From a virus (taxonomy: Duplodnaviria > Caudoviricetes), in IMG/VR virus record IMGVR_UViG_3300025396_000073, positions 1 to 24,186 of that record: 24,186 nucleotides of DNA; one strand, given 5' to 3'. The notes under the pieces were generated by a model. It made no database searches, was not told the origin of the DNA, and worked only from the letters and a program-made list of their open reading frames with translations. The translations under genes were made by a program, and so were the position numbers. Of this stretch, positions 1 to 8,682 are shown piece after piece (the stretch's first letter is position 1; every line of letters starts with the position of its first letter).

Positions 1-3000
1 GCACCTGCATTAATTACATATTCACCATTTGAAAGCATTGCTGGAATTGAATCAGATGTTGAAGTTCCTGGGCCAGTAATATCTCCGCCAGTTGCTTTTG
101 TTGTAACTGGTATAACAGAGTTATTTGGGCCATACCATTCTGACCCACCTTTTGGATTATATACCAACCTATACTTTTGTCCACTTATTTTATCGTTCCA
201 GACTGTTCCATTTTTAGCTTTTATATCAGCAGTGCTATTTAAAGTTGGTGGGGTTCCTACTCTTTTACCTGAATCTGGACTTGTATTTAGTGTTCCGCCT
301 GCTGCTATCTTAGCCTGAAGATCTGAAATTTGTTTATTTAAAGCTGCTAAAGCTGACGTGTTATTGTTAGTTGCTGTTGTTTGAGCTTGAGTTACTGCAG
401 CATTTGCTGCATCTAACGCCGTTCTATTTGCGTCAGCAGCCTGCTGTGCTTTGTCAACATTTGTTTGAAGGTTAAAGTCTTTTGTTGTTCCTATAAGTTG
501 TTGCTGTAATAACTGAGCTTTAAGGTTATCTCCTGTAGCCTGGGCCATTAAAATTTGATTTTTTAAATCTTCTTTTGTTGTAGCATAATTTGTATTTTGA
601 GTTTGTTGTTTTTGCAAATCTTGCAATGCTTTAAGATTTGCATCAAGAAGTTTTTGTTGTTTTGTTAATCCTGAGACATTATTGCTAACTGCTGCGTTAT
701 TTGCCGCTGTTGTTACAGCAGAACCACTTTGCAAATCATTTGCTTTTGCTTGAAGATCGTTTAGTTGCTTTTGTAATCCAGACTTTGTTTTCATTGCAGC
801 TATTGTGTCTTTAACTGTTTTACCAGAAGCTAAATCTTTTGACAGGGTGTCAAAATTGACTGTTGCCCCTGAAGTTAATGCACTTAGTGCAGTAACTACG
901 TCTGACCCACTAAATCCGCCTTTTGACTGCATTAGTGTTATCAGTTGTATTGCACCACTATTACCTAGCTGGGTGAAGTACTGTAGTAGACCTGCTACTT
1001 GCTGTGCAGATGATGCAGCTGACAAACCAATTGCTTTTATTGCATTTTGGACATTTGTTAACGAATTTGAATTTAATGCTGCACTTGTAATTTGTCCTAT
1101 TACTTGTGCAAATTGCTTTGCATTTGGCAAAGCTGCATTTAAAGATGCTTTCATTGCATCAATTTGATTTGAAATTGGTGTTAATGCAGAACCAGCATCT
1201 TTTCCTCCTGCTGTCAATATCAGCTGCTCTAGTTGTTTTGCTTGGGCTGCAGATATTCCATTAACTGCTATTTGAAGGTTTGCAAACTCAGCAGCTAACT
1301 TAGCAGCGGAACCTGAGTCTCCAGCATCTTTTACCTGCTTTATAACCAAGGCCAACGGGTTATTCGTTGGAAGAGTTTTTACCATTGACATAAAATTAGA
1401 AAGTTGCGTAGTTGTATATGTAATGTTTTTACCCAATGCAACTATACCATTTGATACTGAAGCTGGAGATGTAGACATAACAACGTTAAATGAAGTTAAT
1501 AGAGATTTAGTATCTGCAACTTTACCGCCCATAATTTGTACTGCATCAGCACTTGAAGTGAAATCAGCTTGTGCTTCTGCTGCATGTTGTTTTTCTGCAG
1601 CCATTAATGATTTAATGCCACCTGTTACAAGACTTATTGCAGCTCCCGCCGCCATACCCCAAGGACCGAAGCCTGCTCCCATGCCAGCACCAGACATAGC
1701 ATCCGTGATTAAACTACCTCCAGGCAGTTTATTAAGGAGCGGGGAAGCAATTTGTGATGCTGTTGTTATGCCCATACCAACACCCATACGGCCCATCATT
1801 CCCATACCAGAGAACTTAGACATCATTCCTCCTAGGCGGGAATTAGCTCCAAAAGCTCTACTAAATATTGACTGTATCTTTGATTGACCTGCAGATCCAT
1901 TAAGTCCTTCATCAACACCTTGATGTATTTTTTGTGCAGCATCTCTTCCTTCTGTCCATAAAGATGGAGCTGTTTCTTCCATGCCTTGTTTAACGCCAGC
2001 AAAATAATCTTTTCCAGTTTTAATTCCTTTTTTAGAAGGAGAACGCTCTTCAAAACCTTCTCTTGTTGCAGCATCTGTTTTTACTGCAGTTTCTCTACCA
2101 TAGGCTGGTATTCCTTTAATTCCTAGACTTTCTGCGGCGGCTAAGTTTTCTGGTTTATCATCAACAAGACCATTAACTCTATATTTTTCTAATAGCTGCT
2201 GAAGCTTTTGGCCTTTATATACATCGTCAGGTTGATTATCTCCCTTGCCACGCATGACTAACTCATCAAATGGAATATCATTTGCTTTAAGCCAAGCTAG
2301 TGTTTGAGCTTGATGATGCTCTGTTCTTGCCGTAAGGATAACAATTTTGTTGCCTTGTTCCTTTAACTTATTTAATCTTGCAACTTCAGGACCAATAGGT
2401 TTTGCACCTACTGTTGAATCTATCCATTTTTCACCTGGACCATTAATTCCCTTAGTCTCTGCAAGTGTCTCATCTATATCATAAGCTACAGCCTTTGGAA
2501 GCTTTTTACTTGTTTCTGCACCTTTGATGTCATATGCACTTTTTGTTGAAAATAAATTTTCCTTTTGACTTGGTGTTAATTTATCTAAATCTTTATATCC
2601 TTGTAATTCTTTACTTTCAGATAATGGAACAAAATTTCCTGGAGTTTCTTCAAAGAATGCATTTCCTGTTGCAGATTTTCTGCCTGATCTTAAACCTCTT
2701 GTTCCCGCAATTCTTGATAAAATGCTGCCAAAGCTGCTTCTTCCTGCAGTTTGAGTTTGATTAAGAGTAGACATAATTGGTCCATTTGACATACCTGTTT
2801 CAGCTTCAAGTGTGCCACCATATACCTTACCTTCTTTTTCAGCTCTTTCTTTTGCCTTTTTACCGCCAAATATATAATTAGCTTTTGTTGTTTCTAAAGT
2901 TTTTAGGAAGTCTTCAAACGCTGCATTAATTTTTGGCTCAAATGTTGCCATATCTACGCCGAGTGCTTTTGCTTGATCTTTTAAGTTTTGAAGAGGATCT

Positions 3001-5390
3001 ATGCCTGTAGATTGTACATCTCTATATCCTTGAGCAATTTCAGCTCCCGTTTTTCCTTTATTTGTTGATTTTGTTCCTTGATTAGTATTAGCATGCATCA
3101 AAAGCATCAGGCCTCTTACAAGTGCTGTTGCTGGCCCTTCTAATCCTGTTGAATCTTGTCCAACATTTGCATTAAAGTTTGCCAACTCTTCTGGCGAGTA
3201 TTCTTCGGCGGCATGACCACGCTCTACCTTTACTCTTTTACCAAATTTTCCAACTCCAAATGCATGCTGTGGCAAGTTGCCTTGTATCATAGCATTAATA
3301 AATGGTGCATATTTTTCTGCTTGCTTTGTAGGAATAACTGCTTCCCCGCCCATTAATAGTGCAGGATATACATCGCCTTGTGCAGGATTTCCTGGAACAT
3401 ATCCGCCTGTAGCCATTCCTGGTAATAATAATGTACCTGCTGCTGCTTCGCCAGCTGCTGCTGCTTCCACTCTACCAAGAAGTGATGTGTCTGTACCAAC
3501 TTGGAAATTCATATTTAGTGCTTCAAGACTTGTAATTAATCTTTGAAGTGCTGCATTGAGTGTATCTACTGCTGTAACATTTTCAAGAACACCAGTGTTC
3601 ATAGCATCCATTGCTACTTTTGCTGCTACCCCCGCTGGGGTCATTAAGTCTTTCCACTTTCTTGTTCCATCAATCATGCCAAGGATTGCATAGCCTACCT
3701 TCATTCCTTGACCCATAAGGTTTGCAAGCAAACCAGTAATCATGATAATTGGTCCAGCCAAAACTCCAAGTGTTAGTAATATACCCAGACCATTTTTAAT
3801 TGGTCCTGGCAATTTATTAAAGAAATCAGCAATCTTTTGTCCAAAATCAATTAACTTTGTTCCAACTTCAAGAATCTTTTGTCCTATTGGATATAAATCT
3901 GCTTTAAGTGTTTCAATAGCTCTTTGCCATTTAGCTGTACTTGACTCAGTTGCTTGAGCCATTTCTTGATTTGCAAGTCCCGCCAACTGTGAATTAGTAG
4001 CACCCGCTACCTTTAATGCATTTTGAGTTTGAGATCCAACTTTTCCAAAGTTATCAAGCAATGCTGAAATACGTGCGAATTGGAACTTGCCAAAAAGCTT
4101 TTCAATAAGTTGTTCTTGAGCCATCTTATTTAATGGTGCAAGTGCTGACTGTAAAGCCATAAGCATTTGAGTAGGCGTTCCAGCATTTCTAATATTTGTT
4201 AAGTTGATTCCAAAAGACGCAAATTCTTTATTGGCAGCTGCTGTTGGTGCAATGATAGATGCAAATGCTGATTTAAGTGCGTTAGCAGCTTGAGCGGCTG
4301 GTACACCAGCTTCACGCATTGCAAGCAACATAACAGCGGTATCTTTATATCCTCCACCAAGCTGGGCCATAATAGGTCCAACACGTGGAATCGCATCAGT
4401 CATATCTTGGAGTGACATTGTTGTTTGCTTCTGCATAGATGACAAGAAGTTAACAGCATTACCTAAATCTGTTGAGCTTACCTTGTAAACATTTTGTAAA
4501 GAAACAATTGCATTTGTTGCTTGAGTAGCATCAATTGCTCCCAGCTTAGAAAGTCTCTGTGCCTGATATGTTACATCCAAAAGCTTTTGTCCTTGTATGC
4601 CCATAGCTGCAAAGTTAGCTGCGACCTGTACTGTTGCAGACTGAGCAATACCCATTTGTTGAGCAACTTGCTTTCCTAGGTTAATTACTTGATTTGAAAT
4701 AGCATTAAGTTGAGCTTGTGATGGAGGTGTAAGACCTTCACCATAAAGTCTTTGAAGTCTAGTAAGCTCTGTATTTACCGCTTTAAATGAAGCAACTGCC
4801 TGGCTACCAAACAAGATGGCGGGCATAGAAAGACCAACAGTAAGCTGACGTCCTGCCCATTGTGTATTCTTACCAAAATTAATAAGTTCTTGTGAACCAT
4901 TCTTTACTGCAAGATTAAATATGTTTTGCTTAGCTGCAGCTATTTCTACAGATTTAGCAATAGGATCAATTGTGGTTGGTGTGAATACACTGTATACACC
5001 CTGCTTTGTAATATCTTGCTGGACTATAGAATTATTTAATTTAACTTGCTCTTGAGCAAGAGCATTTACTGAAGCTTTAGCAGAAGCTGATTTTCCAGTT
5101 ATAATGCCAAAATATTGACCTAGGCTCAGCTGACCTTTTTGTAATGCCTGGCCAAACCTTTCTGTTTCAGAAGTTAGTTGAACAGTTTGTTTTGTAAAGT
5201 TACCACTAGATACCAGTGCATTACTAAATTCTGATTGAATAGTTTTAAGTTGATTTGCAAGACCATTATTTAGTCCAATGCCAGCAATGCTCTTTTGAAG
5301 TGAAGTTACCTGAGTTTGAAGGGCTTTAAGTTGATTATTAACGCTACTAAAATCACCAAGTGCGGTAATCTTTAATTGTATATTAGCCAC
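1..5390 (-). CDS. Tape measure protein, truncated at the window edge (>=1796 aa), with internal cargo region including a HAD phosphatase domain
   Basis: Manual translation from GTG at 5390 (SD-like AGGAAGGGTG upstream) gives MANIQLKITALGDFSSVNNQLK... No stop was found before base 1, and no ORF in the track ends in this frame. It has an Ala/Gln/Leu-rich helical sequence, a TP901-like TMP core (NFGKNTQWAGRQLTVG...MREAGVPAAQAANALKS...LFGKFQFARISALL), and hydrophobic segments at about 3715-3790 and 1620-1830. It lies directly after the tail chaperones. Confidence 0.95.
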   Translation of the reverse strand, partial: MANIQLKITALGDFSSVNNQLKALQTQVTSLQKSIAGIGLNNGLANQLKTIQSEFSNALVSSGNFTKQTVQLTSETERFGQALQKGQLSLGQYFGIITGKSASAKASVNALAQEQVKLNNSIVQQDITKQGVYSVFTPTTIDPIAKSVEIAAAKQNIFNLAVKNGSQELINFGKNTQWAGRQLTVGLSMPAILFGSQAVASFKAVNTELTRLQRLYGEGLTPPSQAQLNAISNQVINLGKQVAQQMGIAQSATVQVAANFAAMGIQGQKLLDVTYQAQRLSKLGAIDATQATNAIVSLQNVYKVSSTDLGNAVNFLSSMQKQTTMSLQDMTDAIPRVGPIMAQLGGGYKDTAVMLLAMREAGVPAAQAANALKSAFASIIAPTAAANKEFASFGINLTNIRNAGTPTQMLMALQSALAPLNKMAQEQLIEKLFGKFQFARISALLDNFGKVGSQTQNALKVAGATNSQLAGLANQEMAQATESSTAKWQRAIETLKADLYPIGQKILEVGTKLIDFGQKIADFFNKLPGPIKNGLGILLTLGVLAGPIIMITGLLANLMGQGMKVGYAILGMIDGTRKWKDLMTPAGVAAKVAMDAMNTGVLENVTAVDTLNAALQRLITSLEALNMNFQVGTDTSLLGRVEAAAAGEAAAGTLLLPGMATGGYVPGNPAQGDVYPALLMGGEAVIPTKQAEKYAPFINAMIQGNLPQHAFGVGKFGKRVKVERGHAAEEYSPEELANFNANVGQDSTGLEGPATALVRGLMLLMHANTNQGTKSTNKGKTGAEIAQGYRDVQSTGIDPLQNLKDQAKALGVDMATFEPKINAAFEDFLKTLETTKANYIFGGKKAKERAEKEGKVYGGTLEAETGMSNGPIMSTLNQTQTAGRSSFGSILSRIAGTRGLRSGRKSATGNAFFEETPGNFVPLSESKELQGYKDLDKLTPSQKENLFSTKSAYDIKGAETSKKLPKAVAYDIDETLAETKGINGPGEKWIDSTVGAKPIGPEVARLNKLKEQGNKIVILTARTEHHQAQTLAWLKANDIPFDELVMRGKGDNQPDDVYKGQKLQQLLEKYRVNGLVDDKPENLAAAESLGIKGIPAYGRETAVKTDAATREGFEERSPSKKGIKTGKDYFAGVKQGMEETAPSLWTEGRDAAQKIHQGVDEGLNGSAGQSKIQSIFSRAFGANSRLGGMMSKFSGMGMMGRMGVGMGITTASQIASPLLNKLPGGSLITDAMSGAGMGAGFGPWGMAAGAAISLVTGGIKSLMAAEKQHAAEAQADFTSSADAVQIMGGKVADTKSLLTSFNVVMSTSPASVSNGIVALGKNITYTTTQLSNFMSMVKTLPTNNPLALVIKQVKDAGDSGSAAKLAAEFANLQIAVNGISAAQAKQLEQLILTAGGKDAGSALTPISNQIDAMKASLNAALPNAKQFAQVIGQITSAALNSNSLTNVQNAIKAIGLSAASSAQQVAGLLQYFTQLGNSGAIQLITLMQSKGGFSGSDVVTALSALTSGATVNFDTLSKDLASGKTVKDTIAAMKTKSGLQKQLNDLQAKANDLQSGSAVTTAANNAAVSNNVSGLTKQQKLLDANLKALQDLQKQQTQNTNYATTKEDLKNQILMAQATGDNLKAQLLQQQLIGTTKDFNLQTNVDKAQQAADANRTALDAANAAVTQAQTTATNNNTSALAALNKQISDLQAKIAAGGTLNTSPDSGKRVGTPPTLNSTADIKAKNGTVWNDKISGQKYRLVYNPKGGSEWYGPNNSVIPVTTKATGGDITGPGTSTSDSIPAMLSNGEYVINAG
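2105..2498 (-). other. HAD-superfamily phosphatase domain (PNKP/PseT 3'-phosphatase-like) within the TMP, about aa 965-1096
   Basis: Motif I PKAVAYDIDETLA (DxD at 2480-2472), motif II KIVILTAR (T at 2333), then TLAWLKANDIPFDELVMR, motif III GDNQPDDVYK (K at 2216), motif IV LVDDKPENL...LGI. Confidence 0.9.
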
Positions 5391-5393
5391 TTA

Positions 5394-6010
5394 TCACCCT
5401 TCCTGACTCATAAAACCAAGTCCTTCGTTTATACCAAAGCCTTCGTCTCTTGCAGTTTTTGCATCAAGCAAAGCTTTAACATCTTCTGGTTCTTTATCTT
5501 GTTCATCCAGATCAATGCCCTGCATTGCTGCCAGGAACTTCCTTTCACGATGTTCTCTATCTCTAGCTGCAGTTAATGTTGCCATCAACTCATCTAACGA
5601 TAGGTTGCTTTCAAGCTCATCATAATTTTTCCAATGACCGAGCAAGAAAACTTCGGACTCAAGGGAGGCTAGATCTAGTTCGTCCCAACTAGAGCTGCTC
5701 CCAGTAGGTTTGGGTCGTTAAGCTTCAAACCTCCGCAAACTTCAAGAATCTTCATCATTGTAGGAACTTCAACGGTTTCTTCAAACAAATCTTTGTTAGT
5801 TGCTAGTGGCGACTTTGATGCCTCTAGGCACACCATTGCTGCTTTGATGAATACGTCCATTGCTGCATCTTCAGATTCATTCTCTGGCAGTTCCATTTCC
5901 TTGACAATATCCATAAACTTCTTTAGCTGCTTAATAGGCAGCGGTTTTAGAGTAACAGTCTCGCCGTTACTTAGTTCAATCTCTACTACATCATATACTG
6001 TTGTTGCCAA
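5394..6010 (-). CDS. Tail assembly chaperone, long form via -1 programmed frameshift (about 205 aa)
   Basis: The -1 frame opens just before the slippery heptamer and reads PTGSSSSWDELDLASLESEVFLLGHWKNYDELE... to TGA at 5394-5396. The listed ORF 5394..5645 is its C-terminal part. Confidence 0.8.
5675..6010 (-). CDS. Tail assembly chaperone, short form (111 aa)
   Basis: Small acidic ORF between major tail protein and TMP, with AGGAG SD. This is the lambda gpG-like position. Confidence 0.85.
   Translation of the reverse strand: MATTVYDVVEIELSNGETVTLKPLPIKQLKKFMDIVKEMELPENESEDAAMDVFIKAAMVCLEASKSPLATNKDLFEETVEVPTMMKILEVCGGLKLNDPNLLGAALVGTN
5708..5714 (-). promoter_or_regulatory. -1 ribosomal slippery site C CCA AAC
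   Basis: X XXY YYZ heptamer in the correct phase (gaC CCA AAC, D-P-N). It lies inside the short window where the 0 and -1 frames are both open. Confidence 0.8.
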
Positions 6011-6034
6011 TTTATAGCTCCTTTGTTTAGTTAA

Positions 6035-6043
6035 ATTATACCA
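6035..6043 (-). promoter_or_regulatory. Extended -10 promoter element TGGTATAAT upstream of tail chaperone
   Basis: Perfect TGnTATAAT in the intergenic gap, just downstream of a terminator-like hairpin. Confidence 0.65.
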
Positions 6044-6063
6044 AGATATATGGTGAACACAAA

Positions 6064-6099
6064 TTCAGAACCCCCGCCTTTTATTGACGGGGGCCTGAA
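6064..6099 (-). terminator. Intrinsic terminator-like hairpin after major tail protein
   Basis: Minus strand TTCAGGCCCCCGTC-AATAAAA-GGCGGGGGTTCTGAA followed by TTTGTGTT. Confidence 0.75.
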
Positions 6100-6128
6100 A
6101 ACTATATTAAGTTTTATTTATTTATTGA

Positions 6129-6917
6129 TTAGTATGTTCCCCATACACGGTCAATAACGACACCGTATTCCATACCTGAATAGTTTGGATCGCTGTCTGG
6201 CAAGCAACGGAATGATACTGGGAACACTGTTGCTGTGTCACGCTTCAAAGCATGTGCAGTAGTATCAATTGATACTACACGACGTGCAACATAAACACGC
6301 TCTTTTTGACGTGCAACTGTTGTTGTTGTGCCAGCTGCAACTGCAGTTCCTGCATCTGTTGTTGCAACAGATGAACCGATCTGAGCTGGAGCTTGTCCAA
6401 CTGCAACCAATACACGCTCTACTGGAGCATCTCCAAGAGCACCTGCAGCCATCTTCAATGTTGCTGCTGGGTTATCTGCAATAGTAGTAACTGTTGAGTC
6501 GTTAGGAATCAAAGTTGTAATTGCTTGTGTAGCAGTACCAGTTGAGTTCAAGCCATAGACATAGTCTAGCTGACCCCATGAAAGTTGAAGATTCTCAAGT
6601 GTTGCTTCTGTAAGTTCGGTCTTTAGCATAACCTTTAGAGTTTGCTTAAACAAACGAGCTGCGTCAAGAAGCTGATCAACCATAACCTCACCATAGTTTG
6701 GCTCGTATGAAACTTCTAGTCCTGTGTTGGTATAACCAACTTCACGGTAAGTAGAAGGTGCACCAAGAAGAGCTGAACGAGCTGAAGTTGTAGCTGGCAT
6801 AAGTGCTGCTAGATCTGAAGCCTTTGTAGATGGGCGACCGTTATCGTTAGAGCTGTTACCAACGCTTACGAAAATAGATGCTGCACCAACGATAATATTT
6901 TTTGTACTTGTAGCCAT
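6129..6917 (-). CDS. Major tail (tube) protein
   Basis: N-terminal KNIIVGAA, YREVGYTNTGLEVSYEP, TELTEATLENL, and C-terminal KRDTATVFPVSFRCLPD are typical siphovirus tube features. Located before the chaperones and TMP. Confidence 0.88.
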   Translation of the reverse strand: MATSTKNIIVGAASIFVSVGNSSNDNGRPSTKASDLAALMPATTSARSALLGAPSTYREVGYTNTGLEVSYEPNYGEVMVDQLLDAARLFKQTLKVMLKTELTEATLENLQLSWGQLDYVYGLNSTGTATQAITTLIPNDSTVTTIADNPAATLKMAAGALGDAPVERVLVAVGQAPAQIGSSVATTDAGTAVAAGTTTTVARQKERVYVARRVVSIDTTAHALKRDTATVFPVSFRCLPDSDPNYSGMEYGVVIDRVWGTY

Positions 6918-6920
6918 TTT

Positions 6921-6940
6921 TTTATTTCACCACCTTATTT
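6921..6940 (-). promoter_or_regulatory. 20-nt translation-initiation element AAATAAGGTGGTGAAATAAA (copy 1)
   Basis: Identical to 11308-11327. Contains SD-like AAGGTGGTGA. Confidence 0.7.
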
Positions 6941-6987
6941 ATTTTTAGAATAAAGAAAAAAGATAGCAATTTACTTCCTCATAGAAA

Positions 6988-6996
6988 ACTATAGCA
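6988..6996 (-). promoter_or_regulatory. Extended -10 element TGCTATAGT upstream of major tail gene
   Basis: TGnTAnnnT match in the intergenic gap. Confidence 0.5.
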
Positions 6997-7017
6997 TTGA
7001 AGGGAAATAATTCAAAT

Positions 7018-7533
7018 TTAAAGCATTTTGCCGTTGCCAGATACATCAACTTCTCGTGTGTATCCATATACTATTGATAGGTCTCCACTCATGAAACCGC
7101 CTTCATCAGCAAAAGATTGGACTGGATCTGAGGTTTCTAGTCTAAACCAGAGGAACTTAAATGGGCTATTTGATGCCAGGGAGACATTTATATCTCCTGC
7201 AGAAAGCTCATATCTTCTAAAAAGGTCAATCAAGAAGTTTGTTATTGTCTGAATTTGAGCAGGATTTCTTGAAACAATCTCCATAATAAAGCTTTCTTCA
7301 GATACCCACCACTGAACACCATAATGCTTCTGGATAATGTTATAAGTTATATAGGTTTTTCCTGGTAGTAGGTTGTTAAATTCTGGAACCTGCTGTGCAG
7401 GAATAATTGGAATAAGTGGCTCATTAAATCCATCAGCCATATAGTCTGATGGGTGTAAAAGTCCAGCTGTTTGTAATTCTGCCCAGATAAAGTTTCTTAC
7501 ATCATATCCCGCTACGTGTGTATAGTCTGTCAT
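7018..7533 (-). CDS. Putative tail terminator/completion protein
   Basis: 171 aa, immediately upstream of the major tail gene, with a PxxxxxxxPxxTYITY pattern. ATGA overlap with the upstream gene. Confidence 0.6.
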   Translation of the reverse strand: MTDYTHVAGYDVRNFIWAELQTAGLLHPSDYMADGFNEPLIPIIPAQQVPEFNNLLPGKTYITYNIIQKHYGVQWWVSEESFIMEIVSRNPAQIQTITNFLIDLFRRYELSAGDINVSLASNSPFKFLWFRLETSDPVQSFADEGGFMSGDLSIVYGYTREVDVSGNGKML

Positions 7534-8249
7534 ACTATTTCTACCTTCCCGCCTGAAGCAGCCTCTGAGACCCTTTGTACGGCTTGTCTGACCTGTGTTA
7601 CGCCAGCACCTGTGACATTTAATGCCTCTTCTGTTGCTGATTGCAAGCTGCTATAAAAACCAGATGCATCCATAACTACATTACCATTCTTAGTATACCA
7701 ATCTAGCAGGTAGGTAGCAAAAGCATCTTTTGTTTGCAAGCCTCCTGGGTGATTAATATTAATGGTAGTTCCTTTAGCAATAAATGCAATTCCTTGACTA
7801 TCAGCAAAAGCTAAAATTCTTTTTGCTGCAAAGCTTACCTTTGCACCCTTTTCCATAACGGCTGCCTTATCTGCAAAAATGCTTCTTTTTGTTACTGCCT
7901 TTCCTGTTGGTCCAGCTGTTAAAAGTGCTGGGTTGATCGGGACGGGAAGTCGTGAAGGCAAAAATTTAGTGTTAATAACAAGATCACCATATAGAATAGC
8001 TGCTCTTTCTAACACAAATAGCCTTGAAGTTGATTTTCCAATTCCGCCCCATTCATAAATATGGTGCATCTTTTTTGGATTTCTTCTTGCATAATTGTCT
8101 AGGTCAGTTACAAATCTTTTACCTGTAATAGCAAATGTAGCTTTTGCAATCTCTGTCAAAACAGTTGGAGATGTTAATTCTTTCATGCCAGATATTTTAT
8201 TATCTAGCTCCTCTATCATTTGCTTTGTATCAATTTGCAGTTGAATCAT
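7530..8249 (-). CDS. Putative neck/tail-completion protein
   Basis: 239-aa ORF (HHIYEWG motif) between head-closure and tail terminator genes. Call is based mainly on synteny. Confidence 0.5.
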   Translation of the reverse strand: MIQLQIDTKQMIEELDNKISGMKELTSPTVLTEIAKATFAITGKRFVTDLDNYARRNPKKMHHIYEWGGIGKSTSRLFVLERAAILYGDLVINTKFLPSRLPVPINPALLTAGPTGKAVTKRSIFADKAAVMEKGAKVSFAAKRILAFADSQGIAFIAKGTTININHPGGLQTKDAFATYLLDWYTKNGNVVMDASGFYSSLQSATEEALNVTGAGVTQVRQAVQRVSEAASGGKVEIV

Positions 8250-8682
8250 CGTCTTGCACCTGCACTCTTGTCACAATTGTCTCATAGTAAGAAATTTTGC
8301 CAAACGGATCCAGCACGGCATGTGAAGCGGTTACTTCAAACTTAGTGTCAGGTTGATCAATCTTATCAACTTCAATATAAACTTTTTGTCCATCATTTGA
8401 GCGAATATTTTCTATTCTCCAACGCTTGGACATTAGCTCAAGTCCTTTAAACTTTAACTGCATTCTTTCTGTATATGCACCTTCTGCATTTGTGGCATAG
8501 GTTCTGTTATCACCTTTTGTTGATGCCCCGCCCACAGCAATTGGCTCTACCTTACACTGAACAGTTTTCTTGTAAACCCATTGGCGGGTAACAGCTCCAG
8601 TGTTTGGATCTTGACCATTTTGTTGTACGTATATATCAGCCTTCATGTTCATTACAGAGGCTACAAAAGATGCATTAAACAT
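8230..8682 (-). CDS. Putative head-closure (stopper) protein
   Basis: 150-aa beta-rich ORF (ADIY...QDPNTGAVTRQW...VQC) after the adaptor gene. SPP1 gp16-like position and pattern. Confidence 0.65.
   Translation of the reverse strand: MFNASFVASVMNMKADIYVQQNGQDPNTGAVTRQWVYKKTVQCKVEPIAVGGASTKGDNRTYATNAEGAYTERMQLKFKGLELMSKRWRIENIRSNDGQKVYIEVDKIDQPDTKFEVTASHAVLDPFGKISYYETIVTRVQVQDDDSTAN

Noticed and set aside
2105-2498. HAD domain as a separate gene, intein or intron
   Set aside because: It is in frame with no flanking stops. No intein C/S...HN ends or intron-like interruption were seen.
805-3957. Plus-strand ORFs (805-1167, 1423-1887, 2534-2764, 3156-3356, 3277-3546, 3742-3957)
   Set aside because: Antisense shadows of the continuous tape measure frame, with no recognisable motifs.
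1832-4396. Minus-strand ORFs 1832-2074 and 4199-4396
   Set aside because: Out-of-frame overlaps inside the TMP, with Leu/Gln-rich frame-shadow composition.
5394-5645. Standalone 83-aa gene starting at TTG 5645
   Set aside because: No SD. The frame is open further upstream to a slippery site, so it is better explained as the frameshift extension.
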